Source: the human T2T-CHM13v2.0 reference genome, Homo sapiens
DNA length: 64,000 nt
Direction: 5' to 3' (one strand)
Assembly: GCF_009914755.1 (NCBI RefSeq)
Contig: NC_060937.1
Shown here: in pieces, positions 14,568 to 30,879 of the stretch
How positions within the stretch are numbered: position 1 is the first letter of the stretch
Layout: the number at the start of each line of letters is the position of its first letter
Notes under the pieces: model-generated
What the model saw: only the letters and a program-made list of their open reading frames with translations
What the model was told of the DNA's origin: nothing
Databases searched by the model: none
Position numbers and translations under genes: made by a program

Positions 14568-16852
14568 CAGAACAGAGTAGGCACAACAATCCTTGAAGCT
14601 CATACAGAACTAGGAGTAGTTCATATTCCCACTGGACAGAGTGGAAAGGCCTCATAATACACAGAGATCCTGTAGAAGCCTCAGAAGGGCCTTGCCTCAG
14701 TAATGGGACAGGTTAGCCTTAGACTAAAGGCTGCTCTGGACATGCCATAACAGAACTTAAAAAGTAAGCCTGAAATGAATTTAAGTGTATCCCACTACAA
14801 AGCCTGACAATATTTAAAGGAATACAACAAAATCCAGATCCCAACAGTGTAACATTAATAATGTTGAATATTCATTAGAGCATCATCACACATACAAAAG
14901 CTGGAAAATTCAACCCAGAAATAGGAGAAAATGTAACCAATAGAAAAGGGGTTAGAAATGAAAGGGATGATAGAATTGGTTAACAAGTTCATTCAAACAA
15001 CTACTATTAGTATACTTCGTTTGTTCAAGGAGGTAAAAAAAACATGAACACAAGAGGATTCATAAAGGACTCAGATTCAACTTCTAATGATGAAAATGCA
15101 ATATCTGAAATGAAAATACTCTGAATGGGATTAACAGATACTACAGAAGTAAAGAAAAGTCAATTTGAAGACACAGAATTTAAAAATACACAATATAAAA
15201 CAGAATAAAAAGTTGATGCACTGCTCATTTTTTTTTTTTTTTTTGCAATGAGCTGTGGGACAGTATCATGCTTCTTACATAAGCGTATTTGGAGTTCCAG
15301 TAGGAGAAGAGAGAGAGACAGAAAAAGCATTTGAGGAAGTAATGGCCACAATTTCCCTAAATTTGATGAAAATTATAAATTCACAAAATCCAAGAAGCTC
15401 CATCAGCTTCAATCAGAAGAATCATGAACAAAACAACCTGATAGCACATCAGAATCAACTTGCAGGAAACCAGGAGTAAGGAGAAAATCCTAAAAGCAGC
15501 CAGAGGAACAAAGACAGATTTTATGTAGAACAAAGATTAAAAATTAATAGCAGATTTCTCAACAGAAACTATGACAGATAGAAGACAATAGAGCGACAGT
15601 TTTAAATGGCTAAAAGAAAAAACCATCAACCTAGAATTATATGCTCAGTGAAAAATATCTTTCAAAAGTGAAGGCAAAATAAATAATTTTGGACAAACAA
15701 AAACTGTGAGAATTTATCACCAGGAGACCTTCACTGGAAGAAATTTTAAAGGAAGCTATCTAGGCCAAATAAAAATAGTACCAGATGAAAATTTGCAAGT
15801 TCAGAGAGGAATGAAGAGCACTAGAAATAATTAGAATATGGGTAAATACAAAAGACATTTTCTGATTATTTTCCAAATTAGAGGATAATCAACTTTTTAA
15901 AGTAAAACTAATAATGTTTTCTGGGGCTTATAAACTTGTGAAATAACAGTAGAACAAAGGAGGGGAGTTTGAGGAAATGGATGTTTACCATTGTAAGAGT
16001 CTCATACTGTAACCGAAGAGAAAATATTATTTGAGTGCACATTGTGATAAATTAAAGATGGATATAGTAAACCTTAGAGAAACCACTTTAAAAAATAGAA
16101 ACACTAAAAAAAAGAGCATGAGTAATAAGCCAAAAATGTTGATAAATTGAATCCTAGAAAATACTGAGTTAATCCAAAAGAAGGCAAGAAAAAAGAAAGA
16201 AGAGATGAGACCAATATTAAACAGCAAAATTGTAGATTTAAACCTAATTATATTGATAATCACATTAATTGTAAGTTTTCTAAACACTTCCTTTTGAATG
16301 CCTTGTTGGGCTGGATAAATCAATACAATCCAATTATTTGCTCTACAAGAATCTCACTTTAAATACAAAGATACAGATGTTTTAAAAGTAAAATGATGGG
16401 AAAAGATATACCATGCAAATGTAAATCAAAAGGAAAAACTAGAGTTGTTATATTAATATCAGACAAAATAGACTTCAGAACAAGAACCATTACTAGGGAT
16501 AGTGAGGGATATTACATATGACAAAGGGGTAAATTCATCAAGAAGATCTAATATCCTAAATGTGCATGCAGCCGATAACAGCTTTGAAATGCATGAGGCA
16601 AAGATTGATGGATCTGAAAGGAGAAATGGACAAATTCCCAATTATATTTGGAAATTTCAGCACCCTTTTTCAATAACTGATAGAACAAGTAGACAAAAAT
16701 CAGTAAGGATATTGACTGGAACATCATTAACTAACTTGACCTAATTAATATTTGCAGAGCATTCAATCCAACAGCAGCAGACTGTACATTCTTTTCAAAT
16801 ATATTTCCTAAGATAGGCCATATTCTAGATAATAAAGTATTAATAAATTTAA

Positions 16853-17360
16853 TGTTTTCATTTTTTATGGCTATGGTGACAAATGACTGCAAACTTATTG
16901 GCTTAATACAATACAAATTTATTATCTTATAGTTCTGGAGGTCTGAAGTCCAGAATGGGTCTCAGCTAAAATCAAGGTATTAGCAAAGCTGTGTTCTTTC
17001 TGGAGGCTCTGGGAAGAGAATCTATTTCTTTGCCTTCTCCAAGTGCTAGAGACCACTAACATTCTTGGCTTGCAGTTCCATTCCTCTATCTCCAACAGCA
17101 GCAATATCTAATTTTTCCTCACACCACCATCTCTGCTTCTCTGCCTTCTGCTGCCTTCTTCTACTTATAAGGATCCTTGTGATTTCATTGGGCCCCCTTG
17201 GGTAATCCAGAATAACCTCCATCTCTCAAGATCAGCTGATGAGCAAACTTAACTTCATCTGGAAACTTAATCCCCCTTTGCCACATAAAGTAAAGTATGC
17301 CCAGGTTCTGGGGATTAGGACATGGTCTCTTTGTGGAGGGACATTACTCTGCCTACTACA
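16853..17360 (-). mobile_element. MLT1D-like MaLR solo LTR inserted in L1
   Basis: TG...CA ends; tagttctggaggtctgaagtcc...; caggttctggggattaggacatgg; L1 ORF2 resumes afterwards. Confidence 0.8.
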
Positions 17361-18202
17361 TTTTAAATGGTTGAAATCATGTCAAATATATTCTCAGATT
17401 ACAAAAAAATTAAATTAGAAAAAAAACAAACCCCAGAAAGGTATTTGGAAAATTCTCACATATTTGGAAGCCAAATAATGCACTTCCAAATAACCCATGG
17501 ATCAAAGAATAAATCACAACCCTAATTATAATATATTTGGAAAAGTTGGGTGAAATCCCAGAGGAGCTGACTGGAAAAAAGGTGAAGATGTGGCTACTGG
17601 AGTGGGACACTCTGATTTTGTGGAGCAACAGTCCTGGCATCTGAGGAGGGAAAACTGCACTTAAAATAGTATCAAAATGAAATATCTATGAATAAATTTT
17701 AAAAAACTGTATGCAAAATTGTGAACTAAATATTATAAAACATGCATAAAATAGATATCTTGGGTTTATATATTGGGAGGAATTAATATTGTTAAAATTT
17801 CAGTACTCTCCAAAGTGACCTACAGATTCAGTGTAATCCCTATGAAAGTTCCAGTGGCATTTTTTTCATAAATAGAAAAATACGTTCTAAATTTCATGTA
17901 GAATCTCAAGGGACCCCAAATAGACAAAACAAATCTTGGAAAAGAACAAAGTTGGATGTCTCACACTGCCTGATTTCAAAACTTATAAACTACAATAATG
18001 CAAAGAGTGGTACTGGCATAAAGACAGACATATAGACGAGTGGAATAGAATAGAGAGCCTAGAAATCAACCCATACACATATGGTCTAATGATTTTCCAT
18101 GACGATGCTAAGATCTTTCACTAGGGAAAGGACAATTTTTTAACACATTGTTTTGGGAGAACTAGATATCTGTATTGCAAAAGCATGAAGTTAGACCCTT
18201 AC

Positions 18203-18599
18203 TGCTATGATCTGAATGTTTTCGTCTCCTCCAAAATTCACATTGAAACTAAATTGCCAGTGTGAAGGTATTAAGAGGTAGGGCTTTAAAGAGGTGATTG
18301 AGCCATGGGGACAGAGCCCCCATGGATGGCATTAGGGTGCTTATGATAGGGTTTGAGGGAATGGGTGTGCTTCTCTTCTGCTCTTCTGCCGGTGAGGAGA
18401 CAGCGTTCCTTCTCTCTGGAGGATGCAGCAACAAGGAGCCACCTTGGAAGCAGAGAGAGCAGCCCTCACCAACACTGAACCTGCAGGTGACTTGATCATG
18501 GACTTCCCAGCGTTCAGAACTGTGAGAAATACATTTCTGTTGTTTATAAATTACTAATTTTGTGGTATTTTGTTATAGCAGCACAAATAGACTAAGACA
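18203..18599 (+). mobile_element. MST-family MaLR solo LTR
   Basis: tgctatgatctgaatg...tgttatagcagcacaaatagactaagaca; 5-bp TSD cttac/tttac. Confidence 0.85.
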
Positions 18600-19020
18600 T
18601 TTACATTACATTATATGCAAAAATTATCTCAAAAGTGATCAAAGACCTAAACATAAGAGCTAAAACTAGAAGAACATAGATATGCTCGTAGAAGAAAACA
18701 TAGAAGAAAAGCTTCATGAAGAGTTTCATTAGATTTAGCAATGACTTCTTGGATATGACACCAAAACATAGATAATAAAAGAAAAAATAAATAAATTGAA
18801 CCACATTAAAATTAAAAACTTCTGTGTGTCAAAAGACACTATCAAGGTTGAAAAGGTATCCTAAGAATGGGTGAAGATATTTGCAAATCATATATCTGAT
18901 AAGCAGTTAATATCCAGAAAATGAAAAGAACTCCTACAATTCAACAAAAATACAAACAACCCAATTAAAAAAATGGGCAAAGGACTTGAATAAACATTTC
19001 TTCAAAGATATACAAATCAT

Positions 19021-20938
<1,918 letters not shown>

Positions 20939-21540
20939 TTAAAAAAATTAAAATAGAATTATTTCATGATCCAGCGATTTCACTTCTGGTAATATACTCA
21001 AAAGAATTGAAAGCAGGGTCTTAAAGTGATATTTATACATCTATGTTCATAGCAGTATTATTCCTAATAGCCAAAAGGTATAAACAACGCAAGTGCCAAT
21101 AAACAGACGAATGGGTAAAGAAAATGTGGTGTATACATACAGTGGAGTATTTTTCAGCCTTAAACAGGAAGGGAATTCTGACATGTTCTACAGCATGGAT
21201 GAACCTTGAAGGCATTATGCTAAGTGAAATAAGCCAGTCATAAAGGGATATTTCTGTATGATTCCACTTATATGAGGTACCTCGAGTAGTCGAACTTACA
21301 AAGACAGAAAGTAGGATGGTAGTTGCCAGGGGCTGAGAAGCGGGGGAGTGGGGAGTTGTTCCATGGGTGTAGAGTTTTGGTTTTGCAAGGTGAAGAATTC
21401 TGGAGATTGGTTGCACAATACTGTGAATGTACTTAACAGCACTGAACTGTACACTTAAAAATGGTTAAGATGGTAAATTTTGTCATGTGTATTTTCCCTC
21501 AATAAAAAAAACTTGCAGAAATTGTATAACAATGATGTCA

Positions 21541-21761
21541 AATTGAACAATGAGAACACATGGACACAGGAAGGGGAATATCACACACTGGGGCCTGTTG
21601 TGGGTTGGGGGGAGGGGGGAGGGATAGCATTAGGAGATATTCCTAATGTTAAATGATGAGTTAATGGGTGCAGCACACCGACATGGCACATGTATACATG
21701 TGTAACAAACCTGCACGTTGTGCACCTGTACCCTAAAACTTAAAGTATAATAATAAAAAAA
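21541..21761 (+). mobile_element. Young L1PA 3' end, 5'-truncated
   Basis: gaacaatgagaacacatggacacaggaaggggaat...G-rich tract...ccctaaaacttaaagtataataataaaaaa; TSD-like gatgtcaaa. Confidence 0.92.
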
Positions 21762-22628
21762 GATGTCAAAATAGCATTTCTGATCTAACAATTGATCAAC
21801 TCTGATGATACTTTTAAATTTTAAGCAGCTTTAAAAGGCAAACTTTGACTCAAACTTGTTAGTACAGTTTTCATCTTTAAATATACATTTTTTTCAATCA
21901 TAAATTAGAGTTGGGCTTGGGGGAAATATTAGAATTTAGTGTGAGTCTTTGAGAAGCATCACGAAGTTCAAAGAGGTCTGTCTTGGTATCTCTGTGGTAA
22001 TGCTTTGTTTGAATGTTGATGTTTCACAAAGAGTTTACATTTTATCTTCCTATTTCTCACAGGCCTAGGTCTGTGTAGTGAATTGAGCGTCCTCAGTTGG
22101 ATGGAGTTAAGAGCCAAACGTACAACATTGTACCATTTACAAGTTTTATTTCAAAAGGAGATTTAAATTTTTATACAGTCAAATTTCTGCCAAAAGAGAG
22201 ATTCCAAATTAATTTTTGTTTATGCAAAGCCCATATGTTGTTTTCCACAGTCTCAAAAAGAGTGCAAATTGACAGATTCCTGCATCTGTATCTCACAGGA
22301 TACATATGTATCATTGCTACCACTCACTTATTTCCTGCCAGATTTTTAGCAATTGTGTTTGAAAAGAAAACCTGTAGAAAGGTAGCAGAAAACAAATGGG
22401 TAGTGGGATATGTGTCAGCTAGTTCCCTAACTATAGAAACCCTTGAAATAAGGCAAAAAACTTGTGTTAACCTGGGAAGGAAAGGAAAAATTGGGCAGCA
22501 GGATATGAAGGGGCCATGGAAGGAGCGGTGGGTCCTCCTGAGACGCTTTCCTGCTTTATAATTTTTTCCATTTTGACTGTGGGAGATACTACTGTAATAC
22601 TTTCCTAGATATAGCAGCCGCTCAATAA

Positions 22629-22945
<317 letters not shown>

Positions 22946-23574
22946 AAATGTTGACTACTTTTAATGAGTGCTTAATACCTATTGGTAGAAGAAATTACAT
23001 GTTGGAGTTAGGAGCTGTGTTTTTAGCCTTTTAACTTGAATTAGACACTGATGATTAGTAATTTTTTGTTCCTCCCAATTTTCTTCTATATTCCCTCTCC
23101 TTCAAAGAAAAGCAAAGGAAACTCGTTCTTCCTGTTTTTCTTAAAATGAATTTAAAATTTTACCATCTCTATATATCTATGTGAATATATATTTATATGC
23201 CCCACTTCTATAAAGCAGTATTTGATTTGGTACCTATGGATAACTATTAGCCTAATACTGCCATAATTACAATTCAATTAAGTTTATAACCTGACTTGTT
23301 CACTAGTTGGGAAGTAACTATGCATTTGTTGGCATTCTGGTTTAAAAACTTTACATTTGCTTGAACCAATCTGTCTAAATTTATAGAACAGAGTACTTAC
23401 AAATGTCTAATTGTTTATTTTAAAGTTATATTGTTTCTATGTCATTGCTTGTTATTTTCTTAATAGAATTGAAAACTTTTTTGATTTTATGAATACTTAT
23501 ATTTTGATTTTTGTAAATTCAGTAGTTTTAGGTCACAACAAGTAATGTTTTGTCTTTCAAATTTAATTTGATTT

Positions 23575-24010
23575 TCATTTTATTTTAAACTTTTATGTTC
23601 AGGGGGGTCCATGTGCAGGTTTGTTACCCGGGTATATTGTGGGATGCTGAGGTTTGGAGTATGAGTGATCCTGTCACCCAGGTACTGAACACAGTACCCA
23701 ACAGTTAATTTTTTAACCCCTCCCCACCTGCCCATCTAGTAGTCCTTAGTGTCTGTTGTTCCCATCTTTATGTTTATGAGTACCCAATGTTTAGCTCCCA
23801 CTTATAAATGAGAACAGGCAGTATTTGGTTTTCTGTTCCTGCGTTAATTTGCTTAGGACAATGGCCTCCAGCTGCATCCATGTTGCTGCAAAGGACATGA
23901 TTTCATTCTTGTTTATGGCTGCATAGTATTCCGTGGTGTATATGTACCACATTTTCTTTATCTAATCCACCATTGATGGACACCTGGGATGATTCCATGT
24001 TTTTGCCATA
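23575..24010 (-). mobile_element. Older L1PA (L1PA15/16-like) 3' end fragment
   Basis: catgtgcaggtttgttac...gatgctgaggtttgg...ttagctcccacttataaatgagaac. Confidence 0.85.
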
Positions 24011-25686
24011 TGACAAGTAATTTTTGAGAGACTTCAAATTTAATTCAGATCCCATTTATGTGGTAAGCTTTTCAGTCACTCCAGACTTGCCTGTTCTCTC
24101 CTGGCAATGAATTTCAATGACTTTTACCCAATAATGTCATGCATTGCACATTCTGCAAGGTTTAGTGGAATTGGCAAAGATGAATAAAATTGCTACCCTA
24201 CTGGAAGCTAATGTTCCTGTTACCTGACTGAGGACCCTTTCAAGATGGAGGTATCATCATTTGAGGTGGGGTTGAGGGAACCACATGAGAAAGGAAAATG
24301 TACAAAGATTATTCAGGGACCAATGAGTTTGATCATATGGGAAGAAAAAGTCCTGCACACGTGGGTTTCCGTGTCTGAAGATGGTTCCATTTTTCTTTAA
24401 CACAAGATTGGTGGTTCATCTGGGTTTAGAATTCTAGGTGAGAAGCCATTTATCTCTCAGACCATTGAAGGCATTGTTCCACTGAGTTCTAGCCTCCAGA
24501 ACTGGGAAATCCTTTACAAGCTGGATCTTTGTATAATAGCTTTTCCCCAGCCTTTCCCTCCGGGGCTTTCAGGATCTTCTCTTTTCCTTAGGAATCTGAA
24601 ACTTCAAAGTGAAATTCGTGTGGGTTTATTTTCATCCATTGTGTGGGCTTTTTGTATTCCCTTTCAGTTTTCAGTTCTGGGAAATTGTCTTGAATTAGCT
24701 CTTCCTTCTGTTTTCTCTGGTCTTTCTTTTTGGAATCACTATTATTTAGATGTTGGACCTCTTCCACTTACTGTGTAATTTTCCTATCTCCCTATCTCCC
24801 CCATTTTTCATCTTTTTGTCTTTTCATTCACACACACAAGAGAACACGAATACCCTTGAAGCCGACTGGAATCTCTGTGTTGGTTCAGTGGGGGGACTTG
24901 TCGCCTGTGTCCGTCACTGTTTAATCAAACTAGTCATTTTGTTGGTAACCCCTGTTATCAGCATTTTTTAACTCTTTTCTCTCAACTTTGTTAGATCCCC
25001 AAATAAGACTCATCCAGTGGAAAGTTGTAGCCCCAGATGCCGGCAACTGGGAGCCCAATAAACAGGAAATCCAGGGAACTCTGAATATTTAATATGTAAA
25101 ATTTGTGTAACCCTCCTGTTTTCAATAATATATTCTTGCCCTCAGTTATTTTTGGGTCTTCTATTCCAGACATTCTCTGCTGGACCCTCTCCAGAATAAA
25201 CCTCCAGCCTTATTCCTGGGTGGGGGAGGCAGTTGCAGCTTTCCAGAGGTGAAGAAATAGGGAGTGAGGTGCAGGGGGTGTGTAAGGGGAGGAAGGAGCA
25301 CTTAGTGATTCTAAAATACATTTTCACCCAATCCTTGTTAGCTTCATCTTATCCTGGCATCCAGAGGTACATGGTACTGCCAGTTTTTGAGACATTTGAG
25401 GATTGTTTGTTCAAGTGAGTTGATTTTCAACCCTATATCTGTCTTCTGGTTGTGCTAAGTCAATTCTCAGCCATCCATCTGCTTTATATCTTACAAAATC
25501 TTCCAGTTCTTGTCTTCTCTCCCATTTTGTTTTCCTTATAGTTTTACACATTTTTAGAAGTCTCTTTTTTATTGGGAATGAGTAGAGCTAAAAGCCTACA
25601 CTCATTAAGGTGTTTTTAATTAGGAATTTGAGAAATTAAAACTTTACACAGGTGAAAAAATAATTAATATTATAAATTGAAAATTA

Positions 25687-26032
<346 letters not shown>

Positions 26033-27486
26033 TTAGGAGCCATTCCTTTTGATGACACTTACAAAATCAATCAGAAGATTCTTAAGTATATGATTCTTCA
26101 AGTTTTTATTTTCTTTATGTTCTTAATGTCATGCTGGTCTCTTTGTGATCTAAATGATGCAGTGAATATTTCATAAATACAAATAATTTAATCTTAAATT
26201 TGTTAATAGTGTGTATTTATAAAGTGAATTTTATTAAAAATCCACTAACAACTGTTTGAGTGCATCTTTGTGCTAATGCTATGAGGTAATTATATTCTTA
26301 AGCTAAAGTCAGCACTTCCGAATTACTCTCAGGTGAGAAAAATAACTTTTAATATGAAAGGACACATTCCGGAAGTACACTGGAGTGCATAAGGAGTTAC
26401 CAAAGAGTTTTCTTGTTGGAAAAATTACAAATTCATAGGAAACATGATTAAATGCCAAATTCTATATTAGACTTAATTGCAATAGAAGGTCAGAGAGAGA
26501 GAAATCAGTGTGGGCCAGGATAGCAAGAGGTTGCTTCATCCCTGCTTGTGTAGCCTTTTGTCAAAAATGCACCTTTAAAACTGGACTCCTCATCTTCTCG
26601 CCCACACTAATTCATAGAGTCAGGTTTGCGAGTAACCTTAAAGGTGCTCAGTTCACTGGCGCTTTCCGGCTGATTTCATCCTGTCCTGCTTGTGTTTCTT
26701 TGCCTTATTCCACATTATCAAGGCTTGTTGATTCTTCCTTTGTAACAGGTCTCAGTTTGTCCATTCAATCTAGTGCCTCAACATGTTTATTTAAGCATCT
26801 ACTGTGTGTCAGATGTTGTGCAGAGTGCGGGGCTGAATAAGGGCCCTGAAGGAGCCTGCATCCCTTCATGTGTGCAGTGGACACAGAAAATTTCCGGAAA
26901 AATGTGGGGTGTGCTAGGAAAGTGTTCACACTGGGTCTGTGGCAGCATGGAGGATTGATGCTGAAGCCACCTGGGGAGAAGACCTGAGAGAGCAGGGGGT
27001 ATTTGGGCATAGTTCAGTGTCTCTGAAGTGTGAATGGCGGGGCTGAGGCCATCTTCACTGCAGGTGAAGCAGCACTGGTAGTAAGCAAGGGTAAAGGCTT
27101 GAAAGGTGTGTTACCCATTCAGCAAATATTTATTGTGTGCCAACTACGAGCTAGGCAACTATTTTGCAACCGAATGCAACAGTGAAGAAAACATGAAAAG
27201 CATAAGTATGATAAATAAGATGACTGAGTAGCGCGTGTGAAGGTGAAATGTGTTGTCGAAAATGATAAAGCAAGATGATGGAGTTGGGGACTTTGGGCCC
27301 TAAGCTGGGGTTGAAGGATGTTTAGGGTGTACTCCACAGAACTCTGGGGGCTGCAGAGGTGCTTCTGGGGTCTATAAGAATTGTTCTAAATTTTGTTTTA
27401 AAATATGCCTTAAAACATTTCAAAAACAGTAATGAAGAACAGCATGAGCAAACAGATACATTATTGTGAAAATTTACACATTAGAT

Positions 27487-28006
27487 CAGGGGTCCCCATC
27501 CCCTGGGCCACCAGTCCGTGGCCTGTGAGGAACCAGGCCACACAGTAGGAGGTGAGTGGGGGGCAAGTGAGTGAAGCTTCATCTGTATTTACAGTTGCTC
27601 CCCATTGCTGGCATTACCACCTGAGCTCCGCCTCCTGTCAGATCTGCAGCGGCATTAGATTCTCATAGGAGTGCAAACCCTGTTGGGAACAGTGCATGCC
27701 AGGGATCTAGGTTGTGCACTTCTTATGAGAATCTAACTAATGCCTGATGATCTGTCACTGTCTCCCATCAGCCCCAGATGGGACTGTCTAGTTGCAAGAA
27801 AACAAGCTTAGGGCTCCCACTGATTGTACATTATGGTGAGTTGAATTATTTTATTATATATTACAATGTAGTAATAATAAAAATAAAGTGCACAATAAAT
27901 GTAATGTGCTTGAGTCATCCTGAAACCACCCCCTCCACCCCCGATCCGTGGAAAAACTGTCTTTCACGAAACCGGTCCCTGGTGCTAAAAAGGTTGGGGA
28001 CTGCTG
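27487..28006 (+). mobile_element. MER1A hAT-Charlie DNA transposon
   Basis: Termini cagggggtcccc-like / ggggactgctg, ~520 bp, 8-bp TSD cattagat/cattagac. Confidence 0.88.
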
Positions 28007-28854
28007 CATTAGACACCACCAGCGCATTAACTGGTGCCGCCATGGTAGCTCATGTTTGGAAAAATGCGTGGATTTTAAAACAATTTTTTTTATTAATTGA
28101 CTTCATAATATATAATTTTGCCCATTTAAACCTAAAGTTGAATTTACATTAATAAAACATCTCATTTACACATTTTGTATAAAGAGAATCTACTGCTGAA
28201 ATTATTGGACATTCACCTTACAGGAATTCAACCCGCCTTACTCTTGGATTATCATAGTTGCCCTCAGCACCTTCAAATTATCTCCCTTCTAATCTCTTTT
28301 GCATACCATTGCTAGAGTTAATTTTCTTAAATCACTAAATCTTTTAATTAAATGCTTGAAACTCAAACTCTGTGGTGGGGGCAAGTAGACTTACTAGTTA
28401 CAGTTCTGCCACAAAATGCTCTGTGGCCTTAAGCAAGTCTTTGTTTTCTCATCTGTAAGAATCTTTTTTGCTCTCAGATTTTACTCCCATAACTCTCCTC
28501 ACTAGCTGTTGATGATCTTTGTGATCTGTCTCTAGCTTATCCATCCAGCACTGGCTCCCCCACTAATCTCTGCCTTTATCCTCTGCTCTAGCATGGCCAT
28601 TCTCTTCATTCCTGTCTCCTTCCTTCTGCAATGCACACACCACTAGCTGATTAATTATGCTCGCATATGTTGATGTTATTTCCCCAGCCCAGACTGGCCT
28701 CTTTAGTTCATTGACTTACATTCTGCGTATCCTTTAAAAATAGTCTTCTAGAACTTATGGTTAAAGAAAATTTATTGGAAGAACAATAACGGCACCAAAT
28801 GATACAGCATTAAGGCACATTGAGAACTAGGAATAAACCGTTTGATTTGTTGAA

Positions 28855-29056
28855 AGCTGTGCTGTCTAGTACAGTAGCCACTAGCTACATGTGGCTATTT
28901 AAATTAAAACCAATTAAAATTTCACACAATGAAAAACTCAGTTTCTCAGTCTTACCAGTCACAGTTCAATGGTTCCATTTGGCTAGTGGCTACGCTATCA
29001 GACAGTGCAGACAGCGAACATTTCCATCATTGCAGAAAGGTTTGTTGGACAGTGCT
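28855..29056. mobile_element. MER3 hAT-Charlie MITE
   Basis: gtagccactagctacatgtggctattt...ggctagtggctac...aacatttccatcattgcagaaag...ttggacagtgctg. Confidence 0.8.
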
Positions 29057-29235
29057 GGTCATGGGTGGCTTGAAAGTTTTGTTTCAGGGACTTCTGGAGG
29101 AGAAATAATATATTTACAGATGGTCCAGAAGGAAATGTTTGATAAAGAAATGGAGGTGAGGAGTATTGATTCTAGAGGTCTGACAGTGGCAAGAAAGAGG
29201 GACGGGGAACAGGTAACGTCCAAGTTAAAAGAGGT

Positions 29236-29244
29236 ATGTGTGTA

Positions 29245-29287
<43 letters not shown>

Positions 29288-29288
29288 A
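29236..29288. repeat. Compound (TG)n(AG)n microsatellite
   Basis: Directly visible. Confidence 0.95.
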
Positions 29289-30879
29289 ATAAGAACATTT
29301 TTAAAGGCAAAGAAAGTTGTGGCAATGGAAAGACTGGATCTGTTGTAGACATTGGAAGAAGAGTGTGTAGGAAGAGGTAGGCATATTGGATGTCAGGAAA
29401 ACAAGTGAAACAGGATGTTGAGATAGGTTTCATTCTGTCTCAGTTTTGGCTGAGGCCCCAAAACATTACCAAGAAAACAATAAGTGGCAATGAAATCACA
29501 TTCCTTAGTGAAGGTTTCTAACCCTCAGCCCAGCATCTTGATGGTGTGATTGAAGTCCAAGAGATCAAGGCCGGGGCTGGGAAGGCAGGAAGGAAAGGGA
29601 TGATTCCGTCTCACCTCAGGCTGAGTGAGGGAGTTGCAAGGAGACTGCTTGGCTCTGTTGACTTGCTCTGTGTCCTCTGGAGGCTGTGGAGACACTAAAC
29701 CTACTAACCCTGAACTAGAGAAGTTTAGAGGTCAAACACCTGCTGGAGCTACACCTGCCTGGCTGGCTGCAGAGCAAAGAGGCAGCTGCACTGGGAGCCA
29801 GCTGTGCTTTTGCTAATAAAGCAGCAGGATCTGCTGTCCAGGGGCCAGGAGAAGCCTGGTGGCTTTTTAAAAAGTGGCCCCACCCAAGAGTCCTTCCTGC
29901 CAATGGACAATGTGGCCTTGGCAGTGGAGGCTGGAGGTGTGCCCAGCAGACGCAGATGTTGGAGTGTAGGCAGCATTCTAAGTGACCACCTGCTTGGACC
30001 CTGGGAGCTGCAGAAGGCTCCTTCCAGCAGGAAAACCTCTGCAGAATGAATGAAGAAGTCCCATTTGAGGAGCAGACACTCTGCCTAGTGAATTAAAGGA
30101 AGGAGCTGACTGATTCAGGAGAATCCTGCTCTGCCTGGAATAGCCCAGATGGGGGAGAGGAGAGACAACTTTGAGTAGAGTTTGGAATTGGGGCCTGGAC
30201 GTTTTCCCTACTGAAATGTAACATGTTTTTGTGAGTAGAGGTGACCAGAGAACTTTGAATTTTTTATGAAAGACTAGGAAAGCCTTGGAACGGAGTTCAT
30301 TCAGGACAAGAAATGAATAGGCTTCTGAATGACTTTAGATGCCTGGAGAAAGCATGGCTTTTTGCTGCTTGCACTCTGTAGGGTCCTACTTACTTGGGAC
30401 AATGACTATACTGATTTGGTGTTTGATGAGAGTACAGAATGTTTAGAAAAGCTCTGAGAGATGTGTTGAGAATTAAGAAGTAAGTGAATAATAACCTGCA
30501 AGAGGCCTGATTGAAGAGAAGCAGCAGGAATTAAGTGGACTGCTCAAATGAGATTTTTTGCCTCCCTTTCCAGAAGAAGTCTGCCGTCTGGGATCAGGAG
30601 ATTGTTGTATATTTATTTGGGGTTATAGTGTGGGTAATTGGAAGCCTTGTGGTTTTGTGGAGTGTCATTTTGAAGGAAGCATAAGGTAAATGGAGAATGC
30701 TACTTGAATGCAGCTGGGTTTTCTTCTGCATGTGGTGGTGCAGGAGCCCTTTGATGTTATTAGGGTGGTAGTAATTAAACACGTTTCTTCCATATGAAAT
30801 GATTGGGATAGGGAGTAGTATAATATTTCTGTTTCTAGCATGGTTTATTTATTATCTACATTATATGAGGACTCTTGTT

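Larger units (their letters stand above)
14150..17540 (+). mobile_element. Old L1M element: degenerate 5' region, ORF1 remnant and ORF2 endonuclease remnant (interrupted by MLT1)
   Basis: ORF1-like aaaatcctaaaagcagccagag...caacctagaatt; EN-like ctacaagaatctcactttaaatacaaagataca...gggaaaagatataccatgcaaa; frame-broken. Confidence 0.8.

Noticed and set aside
21590-21625. G-quadruplex-forming G tract
   Set aside because: Standard component of the L1PA 3' UTR.
22097-22561. 154-aa ORF outside recognised repeats
   Set aside because: No recognisable domain, non-ATG start, and no convincing exon or promoter context.
29430-30400. GC-richer block that may be an ancient LTR
   Set aside because: I could not assign a family or termini by eye; left unannotated pending a Dfam search.
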